Shown here: piece by piece, positions 1-11,054 of the stretch
Layout: each line of letters begins with the position of its first letter
How positions within the stretch are numbered: the stretch's first letter is position 1
Source of the DNA: an uncultured Nitrososphaerales archaeon
GTDB lineage: Archaea > Thermoproteota > Nitrososphaeria > Nitrososphaerales > Nitrososphaeraceae
NCBI GenBank assembly: GCA_963841565.1
Contig: CAWJCY010000006.1
Location: forward strand, 96,001 to 160,000
DNA: 64,000 nucleotides
Direction of reading: 5' to 3'
Notes under the pieces: model-generated
Database searches by the model: none
What the model saw: the letters and a program-made list of their open reading frames with translations, nothing else
What the model was told of the DNA's origin: nothing
Made by a program: the position numbers and the translations under genes

Positions 1-260
1 TCCACTGTCTTGGGAATTCTTAGCGCGAGCCCATGTTTTGGCGAGCCACTAAATTAACGTGAGTTATATGACTTCCAATAGCGAAGGTTTAAAATTACAT
101 CTTGAAACAGCAGACTAGTGTGGTCACGCAAACATTTATCCTGTAGGGATCTACTACGATTCTTTGAATAACAGGTCTAATATCCTAACTGGAATACGGT
201 CTTAGAAAATACATAATTTGGGAAAAATTGGGATGTCATACCAAACCCATATGGAATATT

Positions 261-752
261 TCAATTTCGTTGGATTATTTGGATATAGTCAAAGTTCTTA
301 CCGCTAACCTGAATACATCCACGATTCGTCACTAGTACAGGAGTTAAAGAGAAAAAGTGACTATAGTAAGAATCCCTCTCTATCTTAAGGGATCCTATTT
401 CTAAAGGAGTATATCCAGAAGTACTTGTGTTTGCTATGGCTTGGCTTGCGATATTTTCACCAATTGATTCGGGGGTTGATACAATGTCCTTGTCAAGTAT
501 CGCCGATTCGGCTTGTGCCATACCGTGATTTGGTTTATCGGGATCCGTTACGAGTTTTTTAGGTAAATCCTGACTCCCGACGATATCGTCTTTGCCCCTT
601 TGTCTTAAATCCTTGCTCTCATCGTTTCCAGACCCATCTGAGACGAAACCTTCAAAACGTGCACCAACTCCCTTCACCTTGTCTGAAATCTCATCCTTTA
701 TTGTTCCTACTTTGTCGTTAGGAAACCTTTCGTTCTTGGTCCATTTCATCAC
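261..752 (-). CDS. hypothetical protein
   Basis: 163-aa hydrophilic ORF with a TATA-like element upstream; no recognisable motif. Confidence 0.45.
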   Translation of the reverse strand: MMKWTKNERFPNDKVGTIKDEISDKVKGVGARFEGFVSDGSGNDESKDLRQRGKDDIVGSQDLPKKLVTDPDKPNHGMAQAESAILDKDIVSTPESIGENIASQAIANTSTSGYTPLEIGSLKIERDSYYSHFFSLTPVLVTNRGCIQVSGKNFDYIQIIQRN

Positions 753-963
753 AACCAGCTCCTAAATATATGGGAATTCTATGATGTCTTATTAATATAC
801 TTAAGTCGCGCGACAGGGTATGATTTCCATGTTGATTGGCTGCCCATCGCCCCGCTTTTGGATTATTAGCAATCCAGTCTTAAATCCCGATGAGCTTGTT
901 TACCTTATCCTAACAATTAGTGGACGCAATAATTAAAAGCGTTACTAGTGAAAGTTCATAGTA

Positions 964-1359
964 ATGAAACTGTTCAACGCACGAACGGCCACTGAGGAAT
1001 ATATGTCAACTCATTCGCTTACTTTTTCCACCCCCGAGATGACTCTTAAGAAATTTGCACTCTGGCTAGGGGAACAAGTTACCGCGCCTGATAGTCATGA
1101 AACAGTGCCTAGGTTGACTCTCTTTCTCCAAGAGAAGAAGTCTGGTTCATCGAGTCAGACTACTGAACCGGACATTGATGATACTTTTAGACCCTCTGGA
1201 GCTGTTACAGAGATGTACGGGAGAGAAATATCGAAAATAGGAGGAGACAATCATCCCGTTGTTGAACAGGTTGTAGAGGGAAAACATTGTGTTGACTGCG
1301 GTGCCAATTTAAATTTAAATTCCAAATTCTGTAAAACATGTGGTGCGAAGCAAGTATAA
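964..1359 (+). CDS. zinc-ribbon domain protein
   Basis: C-terminal CVDC-x10-CKTCG zinc ribbon; TTAAAA about 30 nt before the ATG. Confidence 0.8.
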   Translation: MKLFNARTATEEYMSTHSLTFSTPEMTLKKFALWLGEQVTAPDSHETVPRLTLFLQEKKSGSSSQTTEPDIDDTFRPSGAVTEMYGREISKIGGDNHPVVEQVVEGKHCVDCGANLNLNSKFCKTCGAKQV

Positions 1360-1761
1360 GTTGGGAGGTTTTTGTAAGCAAGAATTGTGGAATGCAAGGT
1401 TTAGATGATCGATTTGTGCGTCTGTTCACTGAAATTTTGAGTTTTCAAACGCCATCTGTCAATTGTAATTCTAATCAATTCTAGGTGCATAAAGAGTTTA
1501 ATAGTGCAATTGAAGTTTACGGAACTCCATAAGCATATACACTCAGGAATTTTGGTGTAATTTCTCAAAATGATAGATGCGACTCAATATTTAGAATTTT
1601 TTGCCTATTCTTCTTGCTTATCTTATTCTAATGATTGATTAGTCACCTCAGAATTTTCTATCAAGATCCTTACTGCCTTTTAATTATCTTAAGAACCTCT
1701 GAGGAGACACACTGAAAGTTTCATCGTGGCCAAACTGCAATGTACCTGGGTTTTGGAATAC

Positions 1762-1992
1762 TTATATCTTGAGTTTGCTCAAGGTATACAACTTCTTGAT
1801 GCGGTCTAACACCATAACGAGCCCAATGACCAAGAGGATTGCTATCAAGGCTTGAATTAATGAAGTTATTACCCTATTATGGATACCCAGCAAGCTATCC
1901 AGTGGTGCAACAAATATAATCAAAAATCCGCACGCCAATAGAACTATAGTCCACATTACTACAATAAACCCAAATAGCCCCAGTATAGCCAA
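1762..1992 (-). CDS. small two-TM membrane protein
   Basis: Two hydrophobic helices; directly downstream of the GPT gene on the same strand. Confidence 0.65.
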   Translation of the reverse strand: MAILGLFGFIVVMWTIVLLACGFLIIFVAPLDSLLGIHNRVITSLIQALIAILLVIGLVMVLDRIKKLYTLSKLKI

Positions 1993-2013
1993 CTCTAAAC
2001 TCCTAAACTCCTT

Positions 2014-3027
2014 CTATACGAATAAGGATTGAATATAGATGGATATGAACGCTAGGGCTGAGCAAAAAATTGCGAGCTTTGTGACCTGCTTAATAATCTC
2101 TTTTTCTGTCAATGGACCATCCGCCAGTATCAATCTTAGTAATGTTACTGGGGCTCTCTTATCCTTAGATGCCATCAATTTGAAGTCATCGGTTAGCATT
2201 GTAGGACGGGCTTTTACTTCTCTGTGCTCTACTATTTTTTTCATACTTGAAAGAAAAAGAAATGAATTCATGACGGCTGGTAAGAGCGCTATCACAGCAA
2301 TGATCTCGGATTTACCTGCAATGGCAATCGCGCCGAGCATTGTTCCCATTAATAACGTGCCAGAATCTCCGGGAAATATCCGGCTTGGGTACCTATGGTA
2401 TTTGTAAAATGCTAGGGTTCCTGCTAGTAAAGGCAACCCGGCCAAAAAAACGTAAACATTACCGAATAACAGAACACTTATCAAGATAGGTATTAACGCA
2501 ATAATTACCGAACTACTTGCTACGCCATTCAGAACATCAATTGAATTAATAGTGTTCCCTACGACAGGTATTATAACGAATATTAAAGGAATGTAAAGGA
2601 TGGGAATAAACGCGCTACCAAATACCAAGTTAAGATAGTTACCATGTGCACCTAGCAGAATTATTGGAATGGCACCGGCCACTAGTGCCAATGGTTTAAA
2701 CCAACCTGGCATTATTTTTCTATCGTCAACTATACCTACTATGAAGCCTATCACAGTGGTCAATAGGATAGCAAGCACCGTATCATTAAGTGTCAATATA
2801 TACAAAATTACTTCGGCCGATGCTATTCCTAATAGCAAGACTGGACCGGCAGGCCTGGGTATATCGGGTTTTCCAGGTTTATGATAGTCTTTTACTACCT
2901 GGCCCTTCGAATTCAACGATTTAATAGACTTAGGCATAAGGAAAAAAATAATTCCGAAAGAAACCAACGATACAATTATTGCAATAATAAGATAAAAGGT
3001 GTCAGATATGGAATCAACGACTATCAA
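2014..3027 (-). CDS. UDP-GlcNAc:dolichyl-phosphate GlcNAc-1-P transferase (MraY/GPT/AglH family)
   Basis: Polytopic membrane protein with GIVDD, NSIDVLNG and IFPGDSG motifs of glycosyltransferase family 4. Confidence 0.88.
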   Translation of the reverse strand: MIVVDSISDTFYLIIAIIVSLVSFGIIFFLMPKSIKSLNSKGQVVKDYHKPGKPDIPRPAGPVLLLGIASAEVILYILTLNDTVLAILLTTVIGFIVGIVDDRKIMPGWFKPLALVAGAIPIILLGAHGNYLNLVFGSAFIPILYIPLIFVIIPVVGNTINSIDVLNGVASSSVIIALIPILISVLLFGNVYVFLAGLPLLAGTLAFYKYHRYPSRIFPGDSGTLLMGTMLGAIAIAGKSEIIAVIALLPAVMNSFLFLSSMKKIVEHREVKARPTMLTDDFKLMASKDKRAPVTLLRLILADGPLTEKEIIKQVTKLAIFCSALAFISIYIQSLFV

Positions 3028-3284
3028 GATAGGTTCTGCAAGTTATGTCAGGCCTATTATAAATTTAATTAGTGATAGAATGTGGGAATATGGGTAACGG
3101 GTATCTTGGGCCGCAACCTCAGACCATAATACTTCTATTTGTATACGCAGAATTGGTTTGAGTGGTATCAAGTACCATATATCAGGGAATTCAGGTAGAT
3201 TGATAACTCTTCTAGTTAATTTAAATGCCAATTATAGAATAGTAGTATTAGGTCTTAGTATGATAGTGGTATAATGTGGTCGTC

Positions 3285-5456
3285 CTACATAAATTTGATA
3301 GTTTGCTTCTTTATTTTTCTTGCCATTGTTGTACCTATCTTTGGAATACTTGCAATGTGTTGTTCGTCCACTTCTATAAGATCCTTCATGGAGGCTACGC
3401 CTGCATCAAATAGAGATCTTGCTCTAACTCTACCAATACCTGTCAATCTTAATAGCGACAGCAACTCCGGCTTGACCCCGTATTTAACTCGTTTTCTAAG
3501 CATGTCAACTTCAACTAAAAGATCGTCCCTTTTACATAGTTTAGCGATCTCATAAAAGCCTGAAACTAGCCGCACACCAGCCTCAACAATCCTGTGTAAG
3601 TCTCCTGGTTCTACTCCTAATTCTAATGATATTTGTCTTACACTTGCTTCTTCGATCCAGTTGTGTAATACCAAAAGGCTTCTAGTGCATGCATGTTCGT
3701 CAAGCGGGATTACTAGACAACTTTCGTTCTTACTTAGTAGATCTAACATGGGTTCTAAATCTTTCTTTCTTAATTGAAGCTTTGGAAAAAAATCCTCACA
3801 CGATGTAACTACCTGAAGATATGCAAGTACATGATTATCTTGAGAATCTCTACCATTGCTCTTTATCGCTCTAATGAAGTTTCTAAATTGAATACCAGTA
3901 AACGGATCCATATATAATAAAGAAATGGTTTTGCCAAATGAAGTGGTTATGTATCTATCATTTTTGGACTTGATTAGTTCTTGTTCTTCAAGATTGTATA
4001 GCGTTTCGTCAACCTTACCCAATAACATTGACTTATCATGAGAATACGCACATAGGGTATTTTCAAATAATTCGTGAATTTCCGACCTTCTAATGCCTGG
4101 AACTTCTACTACCGTGCTCAGAACGTGCAACCTTAAAGACTTTCCGTTCATTAAATTAGACCTTATCGGTTCTGGTGTTCCATTGATATAATGGTCATAT
4201 AGATCTTGACCTGGGATATTGTCGTTTGCGATGATTATACCTTCTCCTTTTTCGTCATATTGGGGTCGCCCCGCCCGCCCACAAAACTGCTTGTACTCCA
4301 TAATTCTAATAGGAACATATCCGCCTTGCTCTAGATCATACCTCATTACGCTTGAAAGTATAACTCTTCTTGCAGGGAGATTCACGCCTGATGCCAAAGT
4401 GGGGGTGGCCACGATAAGCTTAATGAATCCTTTCGTGTATGCTGTCTCAACCACTTCTCTACATTGATGGGACAGACCTGCATGGTGAAAGGCAACGCCT
4501 TTGCTAATTAACTTTACTAACGTCTTCGTTAAGTCTGTATCGTCTCCCTTCTTCAAAAGCTTAGATGACGTCTCGGCTGCCATTACAGCTTCTTTTCGCG
4601 ATAACTTCTGATGAACTGTATCAGCAGCCCTAACAGCAAGCGAAACACACCGCTTTCTAGTTTCGGCGAAAATCAAAGATTGGCCACCTTTTGCAACACA
4701 ATCAATAGCAACGTCGACGGAGGCCGAGGCTTTGGTGGAAACCTTGACTGTAAACCGACTGCCATCATTCATAGAGGCTTTGCCATCTTCAAATATTCCC
4801 TCCACCAATTTTGTAGGTCTCCAAGAACTCATGACCAAGTCACAATCGAGCCATTCCGCTAATTCACTAGAATTGGCAACGGTAGCACTAAGTGCTAGGA
4901 TTTGAGCGCTAGAATACCTGTTTCTGATTTTGGTAAGTAGCATCTCTAGAGTTGGGCCTCTCTCTGGATCCGAGAGTAAATGAAATTCATCCGTTATAAA
5001 AAGTCCCACCTTCTGCAGCCAATCAATTCGCCGGCGAAGCAGTGAATCCATCTTTTCGTTAGTTGCTATAATAATATCAGCATCAGATAATCCGCTTCCT
5101 GGTGAATTGTAATCCCCGCTTGCTATCTTAACTTTGACCTGCTTGCCTATCAGAGGATGCTTTTCAAATAACTTGAAGTCATGGTATTTCTCTGATGCCA
5201 GTGCTCGTAAAGGGGTGAGATATATCACCTTTAAGCCTCTTTGAAGGACTGAAATTGTGGCAATCATCGCTGTCAATGTCTTTCCGCTTGCAGTCGGAGT
5301 TACGATTAGTAGATTCTTGCCTTCTGCGACACCTTTTGATAGAGCAAATTCTTGTGGAGGATATAACTCAGAATATCCCAGTATCTTCAATATTTTATGT
5401 AAATTTCTGTTTCCGTCCGTGTTTAAATGACGTTCAGGATCCTCAATTAATCTCAT
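3285..5456 (-). CDS. hel308: Hel308/Ski2-like SF2 DNA helicase
   Basis: PTASGKT, DEFH, LSAT, HHAGL, GRAGRP and C-terminal HhH (GIGRVRAR). Start is uncertain; the ORF is open to 5591. Confidence 0.92.
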   Translation of the reverse strand: MRLIEDPERHLNTDGNRNLHKILKILGYSELYPPQEFALSKGVAEGKNLLIVTPTASGKTLTAMIATISVLQRGLKVIYLTPLRALASEKYHDFKLFEKHPLIGKQVKVKIASGDYNSPGSGLSDADIIIATNEKMDSLLRRRIDWLQKVGLFITDEFHLLSDPERGPTLEMLLTKIRNRYSSAQILALSATVANSSELAEWLDCDLVMSSWRPTKLVEGIFEDGKASMNDGSRFTVKVSTKASASVDVAIDCVAKGGQSLIFAETRKRCVSLAVRAADTVHQKLSRKEAVMAAETSSKLLKKGDDTDLTKTLVKLISKGVAFHHAGLSHQCREVVETAYTKGFIKLIVATPTLASGVNLPARRVILSSVMRYDLEQGGYVPIRIMEYKQFCGRAGRPQYDEKGEGIIIANDNIPGQDLYDHYINGTPEPIRSNLMNGKSLRLHVLSTVVEVPGIRRSEIHELFENTLCAYSHDKSMLLGKVDETLYNLEEQELIKSKNDRYITTSFGKTISLLYMDPFTGIQFRNFIRAIKSNGRDSQDNHVLAYLQVVTSCEDFFPKLQLRKKDLEPMLDLLSKNESCLVIPLDEHACTRSLLVLHNWIEEASVRQISLELGVEPGDLHRIVEAGVRLVSGFYEIAKLCKRDDLLVEVDMLRKRVKYGVKPELLSLLRLTGIGRVRARSLFDAGVASMKDLIEVDEQHIASIPKIGTTMARKIKKQTIKFM

Positions 5457-5996
5457 ACGATCTGAATTAATCACTAATACCATATCGCTTAATAAGAATA
5501 GTGTTATATGTGTAAAGACATCAAGATGAAGGTAGTTCTTTACCATGTATCTACGACAATCCGCATGGATTGAAGTAAAGTGCTGAGACAATAGTTATGT
5601 AATTCGAACCGGAGAATGGAAATCGTTCGGCATATATCGGTAAAATTATTATTACATTATATAGCAACCTTCGAAGATTGAAGGAATGCCCTCTATGTAA
5701 CAAGGTAAAGTTTCACAAGATCAACTTTCTATTCTCTAGCTCGATCTGTAACGAGTGTTACTTAATTACAAGTGAAATTAAGAATTGAAACGGAAAGCAA
5801 TCTATCTATCCCTCCTCGTAATGATATTTACAAATGACTCTAGGCAACGGACTACCATGAAGGGATTATCATTGACAGCGCTTATCGGCATGGGCATTCA
5901 AACAAGCGATTTCAACTATTATTGGAGTTTTCTGGCCAGTACTTGTGATGGGTTCGACAAAGTTGATAAAGTGGAGCTTTCAAATGGTAGGGTATA

Positions 5997-6218
5997 TTGA
6001 CAGAAAATTCTGTCAGGCATATTGATGCGATTAGAGAAATGGAAGCGCTAAAACATGAGTATCAAGTACGTTGTAGTCATTTCGAATTGCAGTACTCTTC
6101 AGGCGATAATTCTATAAGCTGCTCAATCTGTAGCAAAAGATGGTTATATCATGAAAGAAGAGGGTTCCAGAATACACTTGAGATTTATACTGCAGAAAGA
6201 GACCAAATGGAGCAATAG
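5997..6218 (+). CDS. small hypothetical protein, possible Zn-binding
   Basis: CxH ... CxxC pattern in 73 aa. Confidence 0.45.
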   Translation: MTENSVRHIDAIREMEALKHEYQVRCSHFELQYSSGDNSISCSICSKRWLYHERRGFQNTLEIYTAERDQMEQ

Positions 6219-6576
6219 TCTGAAGATATTTTCAGGATCAGTAAATGCAAACTGACAGATCTTGAACGTCTATTTGGTTGCAATCATCGTGTCACAGTAT
6301 AGCAAGTATCAAAGAATTGAATCTAGTAATACTCGTTCCATCGTGATTGGGTACTAGTATGCTTTACTTCAGGTAGACCTCTGTCAATATAGTATCATGT
6401 TACACTTTGGAAAGAACAATTTTGCAATACTTCCATAAATGATGACAAATTTCTTATTTGTTAATCTGAGAGGTGCCAAATAGTTCGTTAGAATGAATAC
6501 ATTACTTAATGGTGATATGATTAGCTTAAGATAATAGCGATGTGATTATCACAGGGCAACAAAACAAAATATATAA

Positions 6577-7707
6577 TTGTTGAGAAAAGAACCTCTAAAG
6601 ACAGTTATGATTTCAATGAGTCAGGTCATCAGTATAGTCGACGCTTATGACAGGAAGAACGTAAGTGTCGGAACAATTGGAAGTCATTCAGCCTTGGAAA
6701 TAATGGATGGATGCAAAGACGAAGGGCTTAAGACAGTTTGCATATGTCAAAAAGGAAGAGAGACTCCTTATTTGAGGTTTAGGCGACTCGCAGACGAGAT
6801 TCTCTTACTTGACAAATTTTCAGATATTCTTTACAAAGAAAATATTCAAAAACTGATCGACCTAAACACAATCTTTGTCACGAATAGAGCGTTCACTGCT
6901 TACCTTGGCTATGAGGCTATAGAGAAAAATTTTTTGGTACCTCTATTTGGTAATAGATCTCTGCTTCGTGCGGAAGAAAGGGAAGAAGAATACAACCAAT
7001 ACAATTTACTTGAGGAGGCTAACATCAGACATCCAAGCATTTTTAATGATCCTTCTGAGATAAAAGGACTTGCAATAGTAAAAATTCCAGAAGCAGCGCG
7101 AAGACTGGAAAGAGCCTTCTTTATTGTTTCATCGTATAATGACTTCATTCGGAAATCAGAAATGAGGATTGAAAAAGGTATTATTAATAGAGACGATCTT
7201 AAGAATGCGGTCATTGAAGAGTATGTGATTGGCACTTATTTCAATTTCAACTTCTTTTACTCACCTCTTAAAAAAGAGATGGAATTTCTCGGAATAGAAA
7301 GAAGGCTACAGACAAATCTTCACGACTTTACTACATCTATCCCTGCAAAGGAACAGATGGAAATAGATATAGATTTACAAAATATTGAAGTTGGCCATAT
7401 GCCTGCCAGCATTAGGGAATCTCTTCTGGAAAAGGTTTTTTTTATTGGGGATAGGTTTGCAAATCTTGTTAACTCAAAATACTCTCCTGGTCTGATTGGA
7501 CCCGTTTCATTGCAGAGTGTGGTGACTCGTGATCTTGAACTTATTGTTTATGACGTCTCTTTAAGAGTCCCAGGAAATCCTATTATGGCGACTACGAGTC
7601 CGTACACAAAATATTCACATGGGTTCGTTCTAGGTGTAGGCAGAAGAATAGCTATGGAAATTAATGAAGCACTAAAGAACAATAAAATCAAAGAAATAAT
7701 AACTTAG
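6577..7707 (+). CDS. purP: formate-dependent FAICAR synthetase PurP (ATP-grasp)
   Basis: IGSHSAL, LFGNR, GHMPASIRESLLEK, GRRIAMEI motifs. Confidence 0.92.
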   Translation: MLRKEPLKTVMISMSQVISIVDAYDRKNVSVGTIGSHSALEIMDGCKDEGLKTVCICQKGRETPYLRFRRLADEILLLDKFSDILYKENIQKLIDLNTIFVTNRAFTAYLGYEAIEKNFLVPLFGNRSLLRAEEREEEYNQYNLLEEANIRHPSIFNDPSEIKGLAIVKIPEAARRLERAFFIVSSYNDFIRKSEMRIEKGIINRDDLKNAVIEEYVIGTYFNFNFFYSPLKKEMEFLGIERRLQTNLHDFTTSIPAKEQMEIDIDLQNIEVGHMPASIRESLLEKVFFIGDRFANLVNSKYSPGLIGPVSLQSVVTRDLELIVYDVSLRVPGNPIMATTSPYTKYSHGFVLGVGRRIAMEINEALKNNKIKEIIT

Positions 7708-7735
7708 CTTTAAAGTAAGTAAGAATGTGAGAGTG

Positions 7736-8167
7736 CTACTGTTCTATTGTCTCTTCGAACAGGTTCCTTCTTACATGTATAGGGATATCATAATAAGCTG
7801 CCAATGCGATAGCATCTGAAGCGCGATAGTTCCTCATGATAAAGTTTTCTTTCCGATTCTTAAAGTATAGATTTGCCCTAAGAACTGATCCGCTTTGATA
7901 CACACGTACTTCTAGAAGTAACAGATCCTGGGTCACCGCTAGCTCTTCCACAAGGTTATAAATTGTAGGTATGGTATTCTTATCTCCTTCTTGGAATCTC
8001 GAGATGTGTCTAGCAACTTCTCCAGAGAAGGCGCGCATAGGAAACTCCTTCCCATCAAATGTTTTAAGTATGACTATCCCCTCTAGGCCTAGTTGGTCTG
8101 CAAATCCAACATAGCTGATCTTGGCAACTATGTATTCATCTTCACCTGTAGGCAAATTGGAAGACAT
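7736..8167 (-). CDS. bifunctional nuclease domain protein (DUF151)
   Basis: RASDAIALA motif typical of the BFN/DUF151 family. Confidence 0.8.
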   Translation of the reverse strand: MSSNLPTGEDEYIVAKISYVGFADQLGLEGIVILKTFDGKEFPMRAFSGEVARHISRFQEGDKNTIPTIYNLVEELAVTQDLLLLEVRVYQSGSVLRANLYFKNRKENFIMRNYRASDAIALAAYYDIPIHVRRNLFEETIEQ

Positions 8168-8576
8168 TTTTACTTAAGGTATACAATTCTAGGAATTAAA
8201 GATTACACTATCCTACTTCTGCCGCTGTAGAAAGGGTTATGTCATGATGGATATCACTAAATACTCATCCATAGAATGCCTATTTAGTCGCCGCACGAGG
8301 AAAATAAATCATATTTTATTTGCATTAATAGCGTTTCATAGGGGTACACAGTTAAACGGTCTACACGCACGCAGGTAGGTATGAATAAAACTAATTGAAA
8401 AAGGAGAGAATTATCATGGACGCCTTATGATTATACAAGGCTTTGTTAATTGTTCCCCATCGTGCTCTGTTCGGAATGTATTCCAAATACTATGGCTTGA
8501 AGTGGTGTTCACAACAGAATAGGATCGAACCGTATCGTCACTAAGATGCTAGGGCAGACAGAATTGAGATAATTCC

Positions 8577-9176
8577 ATGTGTCATCACAAAGACTTTTTA
8601 TTCACGGGGATTACATGGTGGGCTGTGTTCAAAGAGAACATCTATAATTCGCCAGAGAAAAAGGTGGACCCATCATATTTTAGAGGAAAAGTGATCCTGC
8701 AACAGGTGCTTGGTGATGAAAATTCGAGGGAATTAGAGATCTACCACGTACTCTTTAAGGACGGAGCTACTACTACTGTGCATTACCACGAGACCGATCA
8801 GGTCCTGATTGCTACGAAAGGGCGTGGGATAGTAGGGATAATAAATAGTGACTCCATTTCAGATTTTGGGATTGAGGATATTGAAACAGTTTCAATGAAC
8901 AAGGAGGGAGATGTTGTGCAGATTCCTGCCTTTAGGTTGCACTTTCATGGAGCAGCTTCAGAGGAAGAGTTTTCTCACATAGCTATTCGTCAGATGTATT
9001 TCCTTGACAATTCAACAAAAAAAATACGCCGTTCAGAAAACAAGTGGGAGAGTGACATAATATTAGAAAAGAAGGGGGACCTTGATTCATCCTCTCGACG
9101 TAAAATCTCAGATAAAATTGGAAAGATAATACAAAGTGTGATTCATAACAATGAGGTGGCAAAAACCTCGAGGTAG
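8577..9176 (+). CDS. cupin domain protein
   Basis: HYHETDQ and GDVVQIPAFRLHFHGA cupin motifs; start may be downstream. Confidence 0.82.
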   Translation: MCHHKDFLFTGITWWAVFKENIYNSPEKKVDPSYFRGKVILQQVLGDENSRELEIYHVLFKDGATTTVHYHETDQVLIATKGRGIVGIINSDSISDFGIEDIETVSMNKEGDVVQIPAFRLHFHGAASEEEFSHIAIRQMYFLDNSTKKIRRSENKWESDIILEKKGDLDSSSRRKISDKIGKIIQSVIHNNEVAKTSR

Positions 9177-9414
9177 TCCCAATAATTGGTTGGGAAACCC
9201 CAGTTAACAATAGCCCGTCAAGAAATTCAGAGCTTATGTAGGTTCTTTATGGCATCGTGTTTACTCTGAAATTCGAATCACTAACGTATAATATTTCAAA
9301 GCTTCTCGTTTTAGTCGTCATCGTGTCCTGGCAAGTCGAAAATAATGAAACAACTCAAAACACATTACCAAAAGAATTTAATACATCAATCAGGTGTAAG
9401 TAAAACCATATTAT

Positions 9415-9705
9415 ATGAACCTATTTCACCGCACCAAATACGAGTGCGACCAAGATGGAGAGAAATTTAAGAGCTACGATGAGCTTATACAACATGCAAG
9501 ACATGTTCATCACCATCCAATCGTAAAATGCCATAACTGTGGAAAAGAGTTCATACATGAAAAGGATAGATTACATCATGAAAGAGAAGAGCATGAAAAG
9601 ACCGTAGACTATAGATTGCACAAAAACTTGGACAAGCATAGCAAGAAAACTACGCCTCAAGAGGGAGTATATGATCAAACACGTAATTTTGGTGATAACT
9701 TCTGA
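9415..9705 (+). CDS. tandem C2H2-type zinc finger protein
   Basis: YECDQDGEKF...HARHVH and KCHNCGKEF...HEREEH. Confidence 0.8.
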   Translation: MNLFHRTKYECDQDGEKFKSYDELIQHARHVHHHPIVKCHNCGKEFIHEKDRLHHEREEHEKTVDYRLHKNLDKHSKKTTPQEGVYDQTRNFGDNF

Positions 9706-9928
9706 GTTTCTATGAATGCGAAATGATTGTGCTCATTACATTCAATCTAGATTTATAATAAATACCAAATTCATGGGTACCGCATACACCACTAGATGGT
9801 CATTTCTGATATCTGCATCCACATTTTTTTAAGGTGTGAGTTTAGGTATTAGAAGTGGAGATTTTTGCTAAAATTAAGTTCGTATTTGAAGGTCGATACA
9901 GATTAATGTCACAGCATGGAATTTCTCT

Positions 9929-10804
9929 ATGATGTTTGACGTCAAAGATTCCACAGAGCTACGAAATAGAGGTGTTAGGGTAGCCCTGTTAAGCAGCTTA
10001 TCATTGGTGTCGATATTTGTGATTTATAGTAGCTTAACCAGCCCACAAGACAATCAATCACTACAAGTGAGCTCTCAACTCATAAATCTCGCAAACATCG
10101 TATTGTTTTGGACTTTTGTATCCATTCCTATTTGTATCTACGGAATTTATCTTATTTTTAAAGCTGAAACAGCTAGAGCGTACTCAACCGGTAGCTCTTT
10201 AGGATCCTACTTGATGATAACATTCACTGATATCAAATATTGGAGAATTATGGTAGTATCTTCTGTGCTTTATTGGATTGGCTTCGCATTCTTGTCACAG
10301 ATACTGCTATACGAACCTAATATGCCAATCAGTGGAGGAGATGGAATTGTGACTCCTTCATTGATGGTTACGCCTTGCTGCAACCTACCTGGATATGTTC
10401 CTATGCTATCCGTGTATCTAACTGAGTACTTCACGATATTAATAATTCCAGTTAACTTTGCACTTTCTGTTGCTATATCAGCATTGGTCGGATTTAATCT
10501 ATCATTGATGGCCTCTTTCTTTAGTATGTCAAGAAGTCAGAATAGCAACAAAAAACTTTCAGTAGTGAGTGGAATAGGTATTACTGCTGGGCTCTTTGTA
10601 GGATGTCCAACCTGTGCAGGGAGTCTAATTTCGCTATTTGTCGGATTTGGATCAGGGGTTGCTGTAGCAGCATTGGCTCCATTTCAGACCCTGTTCCTTT
10701 TAATTAGTATCCCTACTTTAGTGATATCACCATTTATCGCTTCTAAATTAATGAAAAATAATTTCACTTGCAATTTCAGAGCAAATTCTGTTGGAGCAAA
10801 CTAG
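9929..10804 (+). CDS. polytopic membrane protein with PCC and CPTC motifs
   Basis: About 6 TM segments; PCC loop and intramembrane GCPTCAG. Confidence 0.78.
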   Translation: MMFDVKDSTELRNRGVRVALLSSLSLVSIFVIYSSLTSPQDNQSLQVSSQLINLANIVLFWTFVSIPICIYGIYLIFKAETARAYSTGSSLGSYLMITFTDIKYWRIMVVSSVLYWIGFAFLSQILLYEPNMPISGGDGIVTPSLMVTPCCNLPGYVPMLSVYLTEYFTILIIPVNFALSVAISALVGFNLSLMASFFSMSRSQNSNKKLSVVSGIGITAGLFVGCPTCAGSLISLFVGFGSGVAVAALAPFQTLFLLISIPTLVISPFIASKLMKNNFTCNFRANSVGAN

Positions 10805-11054
10805 AAGCATAAGCATGTCGATTGATTCTCGTCCTAAGGACATACTCAAAGGATAATACACATGTTGAGCCTACAGCAATAATATATAGCTGGTTGGCTT
10901 TCCTTCGTTAACGCAGGATTGGAAGCCGCGTTCATAAGGCAATTTCAATTTCAAATACTGTAAGTTATAGGGTCAAGTAGTCCGTTTTTTCCCATGCCCC
11001 AACGAATTCACCTGACAAATGGGATTGTCACATTATATGACGAATATCGGCGGT

